Positions 37,858-48,528 of a stretch of 64,000 nt of DNA are shown in pieces. Every line of letters begins with the position of its first letter. The stretch's first letter is position 1. Position numbers and translations under genes: made by a program. The notes beneath the pieces are model-generated. The model had not been told where the DNA came from and searched no databases. It saw only the letters and a program-made list of their open reading frames with translations. Source of the DNA: Candidatus Yanofskybacteria bacterium (lineage in GTDB: Bacteria; Patescibacteriota; Minisyncoccia; 2-02-FULL-40-12; IGHO2-12-FULL-4). The DNA lies in the NCBI GenBank assembly GCA_016185525.1, contig JACPNK010000006.1, positions 22,728-86,727 on the forward strand. The letters run 5' to 3'.

Positions 37858-38727
37858 TTACTCAACAATATGACCGTCAATTTTATGGATATCAATAGTA
37901 ACCTCAATTGGACCCTTTTTTGCGGACAAAAAGTTAAGTAAGCTTTTTTTATTCTGATGTATTTCTTCAGCTCTTTTTCTTTGTTCTGGTTTGTAAGTTG
38001 AAAGAAATTCATTCCAAATAATTTCAACTTCCTCAGTTTTTAACAAGAAAGCTTTTGAAGGCTTTGTTGTAGACTCGATTATGAGTTTCTTAAAAGTTGG
38101 AGAGTCTTCAATAAGCCAGGCTAAACTTCCAGTGATAAATTCACATCCTGGTTGCAGTGATGTGCTATCATATTGATATGGCCAAGGAAAGTTGATGTCC
38201 TTAATCTTGCCAGAAAAAGTGTGAATTTTTTCTTTTTCTAGCAAACCTCTTAAAACAAAAACTGTATCTAGACTTACAGGCTGAGAAACCCTAATCTCAA
38301 AAGGCTGTTCAATGAAAAGGTTTAATTTGTATTTTTCCAATCCTACCGCTATAAGTTCATTTTGTCGTGAGATTGTCATAAAAAAACTTCCGCTTCTTTC
38401 GATACTCTCTCTGGTGACTTTTTTTTCTTCTCTTATCTTAAATTCTTTTACTTTGCCTTTGAAAGTTATAAAACTGCCATTTTTTGGTTCACGCTCCTCT
38501 TTTACTACCAAGTTGAATCCGCTTGATTCGTCATAACCCAGTGCGGTTGATACAAAGTTAGACATAGATTCATACATTTTTTCGGGGCTGGTTTCTTTGT
38601 AAGTGGCCATTATGTTTGGGTTGTAGTCGCAGGCAGATACCAAAAGTAAGCTTAAAAACAAAGAAGATACTAGAGATATTTTTTTCAAGGTTCGTCTCCT
38701 TTCTAAGACTGTTGGTAAGCGTAGCAA
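37858..38727 (-). CDS. putative lipoprotein
   Basis: Signal peptide with lipobox LLVSAC. Confidence 0.55.
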   Translation of the reverse strand: MLRLPTVLERRRTLKKISLVSSLFLSLLLVSACDYNPNIMATYKETSPEKMYESMSNFVSTALGYDESSGFNLVVKEEREPKNGSFITFKGKVKEFKIREEKKVTRESIERSGSFFMTISRQNELIAVGLEKYKLNLFIEQPFEIRVSQPVSLDTVFVLRGLLEKEKIHTFSGKIKDINFPWPYQYDSTSLQPGCEFITGSLAWLIEDSPTFKKLIIESTTKPSKAFLLKTEEVEIIWNEFLSTYKPEQRKRAEEIHQNKKSLLNFLSAKKGPIEVTIDIHKIDGHIVE

Positions 38728-38730
38728 TTT

Positions 38731-39999
38731 TTACCCACTTTTGTCAAGGGCGGTTTTGCGGTGGGTTTTGCGATAATAGCTTATTGCGAAACGATGAGCT
38801 TCACTGTCAGCCCAAAGAATCAACTTTCTGACATCGGGTGTCAGAAAGTCTAGGTGGAACGGTTTTGGGCTTGCCGGAGTAAAGACGTGGTCGGCTTGAT
38901 GTTTTTTGTTTTTGGTTAGGGCGATAATTTGGATTTGTTTGGGGATGATTGAAGATGCGGTATTCAGTTGCGCTTTTCCACCGTCAACCAAAATCAAATC
39001 AGGCATGGGCCATTCTTTGTGTCTTAATCTCCTTGATAATACTTCTTTAAGCATGGCGATGTCATCAGGAGAAGACTTTGATTGAATTTTAAATTTACGG
39101 TACTGGCTTTTGTCCGGCTGGCCGTCAGTAAAAACTGCCATAGCTCCGACGGCATCAGTTCCTTGAATATTAGATACATCGTAAGCTTCAATTCGTCTTG
39201 GCAAGTCATTAAATACTCCCTGAGGACAGTCCTCAGGGGATTTGTTTATTATTCTGGCGTTTTCAAAAACCTTTTTTAAATTATCGAGCTGTTTGCGTAT
39301 CTTTATCGCTTCTTTAAATTTTTCTTTCTTGGCTAGCGCCATCATTTCTTTCTCTAATTGTTTTGCCAACACCACTCTTTTTCCACTTAAAATATTTCTT
39401 ATCGCTCCGATATTTTTCTGATAAATCCTTAATTCATAATTCACCTGCCCGTCAGTCACCTTGGCTCCAGGCCATGGCAGGCGGGTAATTCTTGATTCAT
39501 TTTTCAGGCAGCAATATCCGGGGCAATTTTCAAGGTGGTAATTTAAACAATAGTTGTGGTGCGTCTGTTTGCAGGTGCAGTAAGGGAAAACCCGGCGAAG
39601 AACTTTCAACGTGATTTTGAGGGCTCCGCCATCGGTAAAGGGGCCGATGTCTTTTTGCTGATGAGATGTGAATATTTTTGGGAAGATGTCCTTAGTAAAG
39701 TTCACATAAAAATATTGCTTATCGTCTCGCATCAAAATGTTGAATTTTGGGCGGTGTTTTTTGATAAGTTGTGATTCTAAAATCAACGCTTCAATCTCCG
39801 AACCTGTTTCTTGCCACTCAAGCCCATCGGCTGTTTCCAGCATATTCAAAACTCGCATGTCTTTAATGCTTTTGGAGAGGTAAAATCTTAAACGATTTCT
39901 TAAGTCGGCCGCTTTGCCTATGTAAATTATTTTTTTGTTCTTGTCCTTAAAAAAATAAACCCCTGACTTTTTGGGGATTTTTGTTTTTAACTTAAGCAT
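38731..39999 (-). CDS. uvrC: excinuclease ABC subunit C, short form (GIY-YIG + UvrC core, no C-terminal HhH)
   Basis: GVYFFKDKNKKIIYIGKAADLRNRL GIY-YIG; RDEAHRFAI-like SEAHRFAISYYRKTHRK near the C-terminus. Confidence 0.75.
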   Translation of the reverse strand: MLKLKTKIPKKSGVYFFKDKNKKIIYIGKAADLRNRLRFYLSKSIKDMRVLNMLETADGLEWQETGSEIEALILESQLIKKHRPKFNILMRDDKQYFYVNFTKDIFPKIFTSHQQKDIGPFTDGGALKITLKVLRRVFPYCTCKQTHHNYCLNYHLENCPGYCCLKNESRITRLPWPGAKVTDGQVNYELRIYQKNIGAIRNILSGKRVVLAKQLEKEMMALAKKEKFKEAIKIRKQLDNLKKVFENARIINKSPEDCPQGVFNDLPRRIEAYDVSNIQGTDAVGAMAVFTDGQPDKSQYRKFKIQSKSSPDDIAMLKEVLSRRLRHKEWPMPDLILVDGGKAQLNTASSIIPKQIQIIALTKNKKHQADHVFTPASPKPFHLDFLTPDVRKLILWADSEAHRFAISYYRKTHRKTALDKSG

Positions 40000-40122
40000 A
40001 ATAATCCAAGGATGACCCTTGGATTATTAAAGCACATACCTACTATTTTGGTCAAAGGTTGGCGGGCTTGCTATCTTGGCAGATAAGTTGTACTCTTTGT
40101 CCAGCAATATTAGGGATGTTTT

Positions 40123-41196
40123 TTGACAACGAGGAATAAAATGAAAGAAGAAGCAGTTAGAAAGATATTGGAAAAATGCCGCCGGGCCAGAGAAGAAATT
40201 CACCGGAAAATTATCGGTTTGGACGGGCATATTACTTTGCTTTTTGTTACTCTACTTGCCAAGGGGCATATTTTGATTGAGGGTGAACCTGGTGAAGGCA
40301 AGTCGCTTTTGGCCAGTGCTTTTCTTGAGATCTTCAACTTGGACGCCAGCAGAATCCAAATGACAGCCGATATCATGCCTGAAGACATACGCTTTGCATA
40401 TAATCTTCTGCAGGAAGGCGGAACGGAGCTAAAAAACTTAAAGGTGGACAGAGGTTCTCTTTTTGCCCAGCTTATTTTGATTGACGAAATTAACCGGGCA
40501 CAGCCCAAGACCCAGTCTGTTCTTCTGGAACCGATGGAAGAGGGAACGATAAGCTATGAACGCAAGACTATAAAGATGAAGCAGCCGTATATGGTAATTG
40601 CCACAGCCAATCCGGTGGAGACTTCCACGGGAGGAGTGTTTGAGCTGCCTCCGGCCGCTTGCGACCGTTTTATGCTTAAGGACCTTTATCCGTATCCGAA
40701 CATAGAATTACTAAAAAAAATCTATGTGCGTGACCGGCGGCACCTTTCGCTGGAGAAAATTTTTATGAGCGGCGATGAGATTTTGGAAGCCCAGAACTTT
40801 GTGACTGAATTTCGTCTGCGTTACGACGAACACCACTATATTATTGAGTATATTGCTCGTCTCATCAACTGCATTCGCCAGAGCGGTTTAATCAGGCATG
40901 ACGAGGAAAAGGGCAGTGGTTATGGTCCGACTCCGCGCGCGGGAGAAGATCTTTTGGATGCGGCCGCGGCTTATGTGGTTTTACATTGGCAAGAACGTCA
41001 AATAAAACACGTGACTTTTGACGATGTTCTGCAGCTGGTTTATCCCACTGTCCGTTTCAAATTTGTCTTTGATCCCAGAAAAAGAGCGGAAGCGAGAGAA
41101 CTGGGTATCAACAGCAACGACGATCTTATCAGAATTGCCATAGCCAATACGCCCATTCCCATTGGCTTAAAAAAAGTTAAGGCGGTTCGGCCATGA
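40123..41196 (+). CDS. MoxR-like AAA+ ATPase
   Basis: GHILIEGEPGEGKS Walker A; LILIDEINRAQPKTQSVLLEPMEE. Confidence 0.85.
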   Translation: MTTRNKMKEEAVRKILEKCRRAREEIHRKIIGLDGHITLLFVTLLAKGHILIEGEPGEGKSLLASAFLEIFNLDASRIQMTADIMPEDIRFAYNLLQEGGTELKNLKVDRGSLFAQLILIDEINRAQPKTQSVLLEPMEEGTISYERKTIKMKQPYMVIATANPVETSTGGVFELPPAACDRFMLKDLYPYPNIELLKKIYVRDRRHLSLEKIFMSGDEILEAQNFVTEFRLRYDEHHYIIEYIARLINCIRQSGLIRHDEEKGSGYGPTPRAGEDLLDAAAAYVVLHWQERQIKHVTFDDVLQLVYPTVRFKFVFDPRKRAEARELGINSNDDLIRIAIANTPIPIGLKKVKAVRP

Positions 41197-42038
41197 GTAC
41201 GGACCGTCATCAATTACGCCTTCAGATATCTAGAAAAATTTACGGAACTACGGCTGGCGGACACACAAGTGTGTACAAGTCAACAAGCGGGTATGAGTTA
41301 AGCGAAAAAAGACCATTTCAAATTTCTGATAATCCCAAAGCGGTTGACCTTGTTTCAACTATCACTAAAGACACCTGGTTGGTAAAAGTTAAAAATCCTG
41401 ACAAGGGGGCCAACATTTTTATGTCGTGGGATGTTTCTGGTTCTCACCAATTTGGTCCCCTTGGCAAAAGCAAACTGAAGTTCATGTCTGAACTAAGCGA
41501 GTTGTTAGTGGCTGCTTGTGTCGGCGAGGGTAATCGTGTGGCTATGATTTGCCATACGGAAGTTGTGGAGCACTTTACTTCTTTGACCACCAACCGTTTT
41601 CTTCTTGAAGAGTCAAGCGGATTTATCAAAGAAGGCGTTTTCAAGCGCAAAGGCACAAATTTGAACGCATCAATTCGCGAGATCATGGAATGCGCCAGTA
41701 CCAGCGGACAAAAACCGGATTTGGTTTTTATTGTGTCCGACTTTCTGGCGCAGGACTTTGAAAAAAAGTTGCGCGCTCTGGCGCAGGAAGTTGACTGTGT
41801 CGCTCTGGTTCTGCGGGAGCCGGTTGAGGAAAAATTTCCGGCATTGAGCGGAGCAATGGCGGTCAGAGATCTTGAGACCGGGAAAATCTTTTATGCCTCC
41901 GGACTGACCAATCTGTATGGCGATTTGAGCGCGTGGTTCAAAAAAAATCAGATAACCCATGTTTTCATGGATACTTCGCGGCCAGTTTTGGAGAATCTTG
42001 ACCGCTTAGCGCAGGTTTTGGAGGACAAATTTGATTGA
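41193..42038 (+). CDS. DUF58 domain protein (MoxR partner)
   Basis: LVFIVSDFLA motif; translationally coupled to the MoxR gene. Confidence 0.7.
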   Translation: MSTDRHQLRLQISRKIYGTTAGGHTSVYKSTSGYELSEKRPFQISDNPKAVDLVSTITKDTWLVKVKNPDKGANIFMSWDVSGSHQFGPLGKSKLKFMSELSELLVAACVGEGNRVAMICHTEVVEHFTSLTTNRFLLEESSGFIKEGVFKRKGTNLNASIREIMECASTSGQKPDLVFIVSDFLAQDFEKKLRALAQEVDCVALVLREPVEEKFPALSGAMAVRDLETGKIFYASGLTNLYGDLSAWFKKNQITHVFMDTSRPVLENLDRLAQVLEDKFD

Positions 42039-43584
42039 GAAAGGAGGAAAAATGAAAAAGCAAAATGTTTTTGGCGCAATTCTTTTATTGACTGCGTGTT
42101 TTTGGCCGGCAGTTTTTGGCCAAGAAACGCCTCAACAAGTCGAACCGTCTCCTAAGCCGTCTTCCCAAGTGGAGTTGGTGGTCCGTGGAGCGGTTGTAAA
42201 TCCGGAAATTGTCGGTGACGAATTTGTTCAAGTCCGGCTGGAGATTCTGGTTTTGCAAGGACGAAAAGTAAATTGGGAGGTTACGAAAAAACCTAAAACC
42301 TTTGAACCGTTTACACTGGAAAGTTCTTCTGTGGTCGAGAGGGGCATTCCTCTTGACTCGAGGTTTAAAGATTATAATGCATTTGAAGTTCTGATTTTCT
42401 TGTCTTTACCAGACAAACCTCCTGGCAGGTACAAGTCTATAGCGATGCCTTTGGAAATTGGTTTTACCGATTTCCAGTATAAAGACCAAGCCGTGGAAGG
42501 CAAGGAAAAAAAGAAAACGGTTTACTTGAAAGGCTTTACGGTCTCCAAAGTTTCTCTTCGTGCAGAGCTTGATGCTGACAGAAAGTCGTTGGAAATCGGA
42601 GACCAGTTCAACATTATCTTAAAAATTGTACATGACCCGGAAACGCGTGTTTTAAATCTCCGACAACCCGCTTCGCCAGAGTTACAGCCCAGCCTCGACT
42701 CGCATCTTCGGCGAGGCGGGCAAGGCGAGCCGAAAGATATTGATGCCTCTGAAAGTAGCGTTTTGTTTCTGGACAAGGTCAAAATGCCGGGTAATGAAAC
42801 GCTTGGCGTAGAGATGAAAGAAACAAGTGAAAGCGTTTCTCGCAAGGTGACCCAAATTGTTTATCATCTCACCTCTTTTGAGCTTCCGCCGCAAGAATTT
42901 AAAATTGGGCCTTTGTCTGTTTTGTATCAGGCAAAAGACGCGGAAAATGCCCAGTCTTATAAAACGGGTGAGCTTAGCATAAAGCTCAACAGCGTATTAA
43001 CTAAAAATTCCCAATGGGAAGGAACCAAGTCTCCTGTTTTTACTGACGCATTTGAGCGTTTCTGGCTGATAACCGTACCATACTACGGGTCGGCAACGTC
43101 TGCTATCTTGTTGGTTGTTGTGCTGTGTTTTTGGCTGGCAAACTTTATTCTTGCCGCGCGCAAGAAGACCAGAGAAGAAATTCTGCCCGTCCAACTTCTG
43201 CTTGAAAGAAAATCGCCGATGCCGTTCTTTATCAGGCATTGGGCATATCTACGGTTTAATTATAGAAAGTTGGCAGCAGGTAACAGGGAACTACTTGAAA
43301 ACTTTATTTGTCACTATCGGCTTTGCGCCGGTTCTGCTGAAGGTTTGTCTACGGACAGAGCTTTGACGCTGACAGCCGGGCAATTCAAGAAATGTACGGC
43401 TGGGTCAGCATTATTGCTTGGTAAGCTGGAAAATTCTCTTTTTGAAAATGTTCAGCCTGATTTTTCTGAAAATGAGCTACGGGATGTGTTGAGTGACTTA
43501 GCCAGAACTAAACTAAGAGAAGGTTTGCAAAGATTTTTTAACAGGCTGTATGTTTTTACCAAAAACGCGGTTAGACATTCTTAA
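42031..43584 (+). CDS. BatD-like hypothetical membrane/secreted protein
   Basis: Signal peptide, internal TM; position within the Bat-like operon. Confidence 0.45.
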   Translation: MIEKGGKMKKQNVFGAILLLTACFWPAVFGQETPQQVEPSPKPSSQVELVVRGAVVNPEIVGDEFVQVRLEILVLQGRKVNWEVTKKPKTFEPFTLESSSVVERGIPLDSRFKDYNAFEVLIFLSLPDKPPGRYKSIAMPLEIGFTDFQYKDQAVEGKEKKKTVYLKGFTVSKVSLRAELDADRKSLEIGDQFNIILKIVHDPETRVLNLRQPASPELQPSLDSHLRRGGQGEPKDIDASESSVLFLDKVKMPGNETLGVEMKETSESVSRKVTQIVYHLTSFELPPQEFKIGPLSVLYQAKDAENAQSYKTGELSIKLNSVLTKNSQWEGTKSPVFTDAFERFWLITVPYYGSATSAILLVVVLCFWLANFILAARKKTREEILPVQLLLERKSPMPFFIRHWAYLRFNYRKLAAGNRELLENFICHYRLCAGSAEGLSTDRALTLTAGQFKKCTAGSALLLGKLENSLFENVQPDFSENELRDVLSDLARTKLREGLQRFFNRLYVFTKNAVRHS

Positions 43585-43598
43585 TAAGGAGGCAACAA

Positions 43599-44657
43599 AT
43601 GGATATCCAAAATCCGCTTTGGCTTTTGGCCATTGCGCCATTTCTCTGCCTCCTTTTTTTCTTAAGGCGGGAGAGAAAAGTTATCAAAGGCTCAAGGTTT
43701 ATTTTCCGGCGGCCGAATCTGGTTGATCGTTTGATTCTGAAAATCAGAAAACCTCTCTGGCTGACATCTGTTCTGTTGGTGATTTACGCTTTAGCTTCGC
43801 CGATAGTCAAGCAGGAGAGCCTACCCAGTTTCTATACGGAAAGCCGTGTTATGGCGATTTGCATTGATACTTCAACCAGCATGGGAGGAGGTCCTGAATC
43901 GGCCATGGAAAAGATAAAGAGACTTTCCAAAGATTTTGCCTTGAAACGCCACCAGAGCGGAGACTATTTAAGCGTGACCGCTTACAGCGGAATTTCGGGA
44001 AATCCGCGCGGAGGGGCGGCAATCATTATGCCCCCGACTCGCGACTGGGAAAATATTGAAAACAGCATCGGTATTCTTAAATCCCAACTTTTGGGTACGC
44101 ATACTGCTATCGGTGAAGGTGTCTGGGTGTCGTTGAAGGCGCTTTTGAAAGAACAGGTTTTTGAAAATAAACTTGACTTTGAAATGATGCGCCAATCGCT
44201 TAAAACTATCGGTACGCCGGAAGAAGATGTTTCCTACCTGCTTAAAGCGGCCAACAAACTGGGAGTCCAGAAAAATAAAGTGATTGTTCTCTTTACCGAC
44301 GGCTACTATAACACTGGTATTGATCCGGCCAAACCCTTATGGTTTGCCAAAAGGCTTGGTATCAGGGTTCACTTTGTCGCTTTCCACGCTTCTTCTGCAA
44401 CCGGATTGTCACGAGAAGAAGCTGAAAAACACAAGGCCTTGTTAGCTCAAAGCGTTGTTGCGACAGGCGGGCTTTACTATGAAAGCGGCAACATTGAGGA
44501 AGTGGCGCACTTTTACAGCCTTATTGACCATGCAGAAAAGGGAAAAGTTTTGGTGAAGCCGGAATTTGTCACTCAAGAAAACTATAAGCAATATATCTGG
44601 CTATCTTTCATTTTGTTTTCGGTTCTGATTATAAGCGAAGGGAGGATAAAAGTATGA
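43599..44657 (+). CDS. vWA domain protein (BatA-like)
   Basis: N-terminal TM helices; MIDAS-like AICIDTSTSM. Confidence 0.7.
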   Translation: MDIQNPLWLLAIAPFLCLLFFLRRERKVIKGSRFIFRRPNLVDRLILKIRKPLWLTSVLLVIYALASPIVKQESLPSFYTESRVMAICIDTSTSMGGGPESAMEKIKRLSKDFALKRHQSGDYLSVTAYSGISGNPRGGAAIIMPPTRDWENIENSIGILKSQLLGTHTAIGEGVWVSLKALLKEQVFENKLDFEMMRQSLKTIGTPEEDVSYLLKAANKLGVQKNKVIVLFTDGYYNTGIDPAKPLWFAKRLGIRVHFVAFHASSATGLSREEAEKHKALLAQSVVATGGLYYESGNIEEVAHFYSLIDHAEKGKVLVKPEFVTQENYKQYIWLSFILFSVLIISEGRIKV

Positions 44658-45274
44658 AAACTTCAGGAGTCTTTTTGTTGATTGTTTTGGCGGTAACTCT
44701 GTATGCCAGTTTCTGGTTTTTCGGCCAGATATATCAGGTTTATGACGCAAATGCTTTGCAAACAGAGCGTTCAAATTTTCAATCAGTCGGCAAGAATGTT
44801 GACAGTTTTTTGTCTTCAAAGGCCGGGATTGTTCTGGAGAAACTTGATATTAGTTTTTTGAAGAACCAAAAAGCCAAGCTTCTTCACCAGAAAGCAGTGG
44901 CTCTTTACCGGTCGGGCTCTAAAGAGTCGGAGCAGGTATTTTCCGAGGCCCAGACTTCAGCTGTTAACCCTCGGGTAAAAGCGGATATTATTTTCAACTC
45001 TACAGAAGGTAAGGTTATAAAGGGAGACACTGAATCGGCAATTGCCGCTTATCAGGAAAATCTGAAGTTGAATCCTGAAGATTGGCAGGCGAAAAATAAC
45101 TTAGAAATGCTTTTGCAACAGCAAGAAGGTTCCGGTAAGGGCAAGGACAAAGACGGCAAAGACAAGGGCAAACTAGACAATCAAAAGGGCGGTGGGGGCA
45201 ACAAAAGAAGCAAGATGTTTGACCTGGAACTGTTCCAACAGATTCCCAAGGGTACAAAGAAAGTAGATAAATAA
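44654..45274 (+). CDS. TPR protein (BatC-like)
   Basis: AIAAYQENLKLNPEDWQAKNNLEML TPR; lysine/glycine-rich tail. Confidence 0.55.
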   Translation: MKTSGVFLLIVLAVTLYASFWFFGQIYQVYDANALQTERSNFQSVGKNVDSFLSSKAGIVLEKLDISFLKNQKAKLLHQKAVALYRSGSKESEQVFSEAQTSAVNPRVKADIIFNSTEGKVIKGDTESAIAAYQENLKLNPEDWQAKNNLEMLLQQQEGSGKGKDKDGKDKGKLDNQKGGGGNKRSKMFDLELFQQIPKGTKKVDK

Positions 45275-45283
45275 GGAGGGGCT

Positions 45284-46348
45284 ATGAAATTGGGATTTGA
45301 CTTTCCGGCTTACCTTCCGTGGCTGATTGGAACGGCCGGACTAATCCTGATTTTTTACATCTGGAATGTCTTTGGCCGTTATAGAAGTTTTATGAAGCAG
45401 TTTGGAAGTTACTATTTTTTGCGCAGGGATAAGCAGGCGTTCAATCTTGTCCGTTTGATGTTCAGAGGCATTTGCGTAACTTTGATTTTTTTTCTGCTGG
45501 GGCTTGTGCTTATAGGGGTCTATGACGTTGAGGAAGTCAGTCATCCAAAATATGACGGCATGCAGATTGTTTTTGTTCTCGATGGCTCTTTGAGTATGCT
45601 GGCAGAAGATATTTTCCCCTCCCGTTTTGACAGGGCGATTGAAGAGATGCGCAATGTGACTAAAGATCTTGCCGGCAGAGGAGACAAGCTTGGTTTGGTG
45701 ATTTTCGCGGAAATTGGTATTCCCTATGTGCCTTATCTGACTTCTGACGCCACTCTTTTCCAATGGTACCTTGATACTCTAGATCCGGCTTTACTGGAAA
45801 ACGAGCTACCGCAGGGAAGCAATATCAGTGATGGATTTTATGAAGGTTTAATGCTTTTTACGGAAGAGAAAAAGAAAAAGGTGCTAGTTATTATCAGTGA
45901 TGGCGAGCCGGCTGATGTCAGTGGTCCGGACCAAAAGTATCTTGAAGAAAAATTTGCCGAAGCGGCAAAGAAAAAAAACGAAATGCAGAATGTTTCCTTG
46001 TTTCTGGTGGGTATCGGTGACCCTTCAAAAAAGTCTCTGATACCGATTAAAGACCAAAACGGCCGAATCGTTGATTACTATAAATATGTTGAAGGCGAAA
46101 AAAAAGATGAGTTTCTTCTGACTAGCCCCAATCTATGGTTTTTGAAAGATATGGCCTCAATGTTTGGCGGTGTTTACCGGCACTCAACAACTGGTCATGA
46201 CCTGAAACAGTTAATGTATGAAATAATTGAGAATCAGCGCCCGATAGTCAAAAGAGTAAAAGTTGAAGAGCGAAGAGATATAAGCAAGTATCTGCTTATA
46301 TCCGCACTGGTGTTAATGTTCTTTTTTCCTATATTAAAAAGCCCCTAA
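45284..46348 (+). CDS. vWA domain protein (BatB-like)
   Basis: VFVLDGSLSM MIDAS; TM helices at both ends. Confidence 0.7.
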   Translation: MKLGFDFPAYLPWLIGTAGLILIFYIWNVFGRYRSFMKQFGSYYFLRRDKQAFNLVRLMFRGICVTLIFFLLGLVLIGVYDVEEVSHPKYDGMQIVFVLDGSLSMLAEDIFPSRFDRAIEEMRNVTKDLAGRGDKLGLVIFAEIGIPYVPYLTSDATLFQWYLDTLDPALLENELPQGSNISDGFYEGLMLFTEEKKKKVLVIISDGEPADVSGPDQKYLEEKFAEAAKKKNEMQNVSLFLVGIGDPSKKSLIPIKDQNGRIVDYYKYVEGEKKDEFLLTSPNLWFLKDMASMFGGVYRHSTTGHDLKQLMYEIIENQRPIVKRVKVEERRDISKYLLISALVLMFFFPILKSP

Positions 46349-46359
46349 AGTTAGGGGTT

Positions 46360-47358
46360 TTATTTTTGCGTTGGTTCAGCTATAGTTTTAACAAAAACGT
46401 CAATACTGGTTTTTGTTTTTGATTTAAATACTGACAGTGCAACTTCTGTTCCCGGTGGTGCGTTTCTTACGGCCCACTCAAGGTCGCTTTTTAGAACAGT
46501 GACAGTATTGTTTACTTTTGTTACCACGTCTAGCGACTCCAGTTTATTTTTTGCCGGACTAAGCGGATGTATTGAAGTTACCACTAGTCCATTGATATTT
46601 TTTGGAATGTTAGCGGCTGACCGCAAGTCGGAGGTTAGCTCTTGCGTGCTTATGCCAAGCCAACCCGTTTGGTTAGAAGGTGAAAGTAGTTGCGGCAAAA
46701 CTGTTTTTAGGACGTTTACCGGGATTGCAAAGCTGATATTTTGCCAACCGGCCAACATCAAGGTTGGTATTCCAACAAGCTTTCCTTCTAAATTTACCAA
46801 AGCTCCGCCAGAGTTGCCTGGATTGATGGCGGCGTCGGTTTGTATGAAGGTGTGCGGTGTGGGCCTGTCTTCGCCTGGAATGTAGCGCCCGACAGCTGAA
46901 ACAATTCCTTGGGTTAAGGTTTTGTTTAAGCCGGCTGGGTTGCCTAAGGCTAAAACAATTTCTCCCGGCTCGAGTTTTTCAGAGTCACCAAGAATTATAG
47001 GCTTAAGATTTGGGGGCGGGTTACTGATTTGAATAACTGCCAAGTCAATATCTCTGCTGGCACTGATCAAGCGAGCCGGATACTCTTCGTTGTTGTAAAG
47101 AATAACTTTTAAGTCTCGTGTTCTCTCTACGACATGTTTATTTGTTACAATCAAACCTTGGTCATTCAGAATAACCCCTGTGCCTGTTACGGGGGAATAG
47201 GTTCCGCCTCTCAAAGGATTGCCTACTTGTATAGCTTTTATGCCTATCACTGACTCGGCCACTTTTTGATAAGTTGTTTTATATATGTTTTGATAATCTT
47301 GTGCTTTAACTGTGAATGACAGTAAAGTTAAAGGCAACAACCAACCCACTTTTTTCAC
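46360..47358 (-). CDS. trypsin-like serine protease (S1C, HtrA-like without obvious PDZ)
   Basis: GLIVTNKHVV (His), NPGNSGGALVN (Ser). Confidence 0.75.
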   Translation of the reverse strand: MKKVGWLLPLTLLSFTVKAQDYQNIYKTTYQKVAESVIGIKAIQVGNPLRGGTYSPVTGTGVILNDQGLIVTNKHVVERTRDLKVILYNNEEYPARLISASRDIDLAVIQISNPPPNLKPIILGDSEKLEPGEIVLALGNPAGLNKTLTQGIVSAVGRYIPGEDRPTPHTFIQTDAAINPGNSGGALVNLEGKLVGIPTLMLAGWQNISFAIPVNVLKTVLPQLLSPSNQTGWLGISTQELTSDLRSAANIPKNINGLVVTSIHPLSPAKNKLESLDVVTKVNNTVTVLKSDLEWAVRNAPPGTEVALSVFKSKTKTSIDVFVKTIAEPTQK

Positions 47359-47485
47359 AACATCTCCTTTTTAAGGTTCTCTCCCGCTTTTTTCACAGTA
47401 ATACATTTTCCCAAAACTAGCAAGTAAAGGATTTGGGACCGAATAATTCACGGGTATTTCTTGGACAAGTCCTAGTGTTTTAGTT

Positions 47486-48475
47486 ATGACCGGTTTAGAA
47501 AAGTCAGTTTTGGCTACCATAATTTACTATGATGTTTTTGACTTTCCTCTGACTTTGTTGGAGGTTTTTAACCTGCTGATTAACCCCAGGAGGATTTCCG
47601 TTACAGAAGAAGTTGGTGAGCCGGATCTTGAGAAAGTTTTCAAGGCTCTGGAGGAGTTAAAAAAACTTGGAGAGATTCAGGAGTGGCAAGGCTTCTATTT
47701 CCCATCAAGGCTTAGCCTTGATGGGAGAATGCTGGTTCAGGAACGGCTTGAGAAAAACAAAATCGCCGAGGAGAAATGGAAAAAAGCCAGGCGGTATCTT
47801 TTTTGGGTTCAAGCTCTCCCGTATATTGAAGCTGTTTTTGCCAGCGGTTCTCTGGCTTTGAACCATACCGCGGAGGAAAGCGATCTGGATGTTTTGGTTG
47901 TGGCCAGCCAAGGCAGAATTTGGATAGCGAGAGTTTTTATATCTTTGCTGATGGGTTTCTTGGGAGTAAGAAGGAAAAAGAATCAAACTATTGCTCCAGA
48001 CAAAGTTTGTCTAAACCACTACATTACTTCTTCCTCACTAAAAATTTCTTTTGAGAGTTTGTATAATGCGCAAAGCTATGTTCATTTGGCGCCAATTTAT
48101 TGTCGTAAGGGGGGTTTGATAAAAGATTTTTTAACTGAAAATAGGTGGGTTTTAAACTTTGTAAATCACTGGCCGGACCCGCTTCTTTTGCAAAAAAGGA
48201 GGGTCGCATCAAGCCCGTTTTTAAGAGCTATAGCTTTTTTGGCAGAAAATTTTTTAGAAGTCACTTTCCTTGGTTCAACTTTAAACAAACTGGCCAAAAA
48301 ACTTCAGCTTAAAAGAATCAACCCGAACCTTCCCGGCAGGGTTATTGCCAATGACCAACAGTTGGAATTTCATCCTTATTCGGCGGAGAAAACAGTACTG
48401 GAAAAATATAATCGGGCTATTGCTTCCCGCGATGTTTTTGGCGATTATCGTGAACTTGACTCGGGTTTAAAATAG
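47486..48475 (+). CDS. nucleotidyltransferase-fold (Pol beta superfamily) protein
   Basis: GSLALNHTAEESDLDVLVV matches the GS-x(9-13)-DxD NTase signature. Confidence 0.45.
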   Translation: MTGLEKSVLATIIYYDVFDFPLTLLEVFNLLINPRRISVTEEVGEPDLEKVFKALEELKKLGEIQEWQGFYFPSRLSLDGRMLVQERLEKNKIAEEKWKKARRYLFWVQALPYIEAVFASGSLALNHTAEESDLDVLVVASQGRIWIARVFISLLMGFLGVRRKKNQTIAPDKVCLNHYITSSSLKISFESLYNAQSYVHLAPIYCRKGGLIKDFLTENRWVLNFVNHWPDPLLLQKRRVASSPFLRAIAFLAENFLEVTFLGSTLNKLAKKLQLKRINPNLPGRVIANDQQLEFHPYSAEKTVLEKYNRAIASRDVFGDYRELDSGLK

Positions 48476-48528
48476 TCATACTCTCACTCAAGATGTTCGT
48501 TTAAAATAATTTTTAGATTGGAGCAGTT

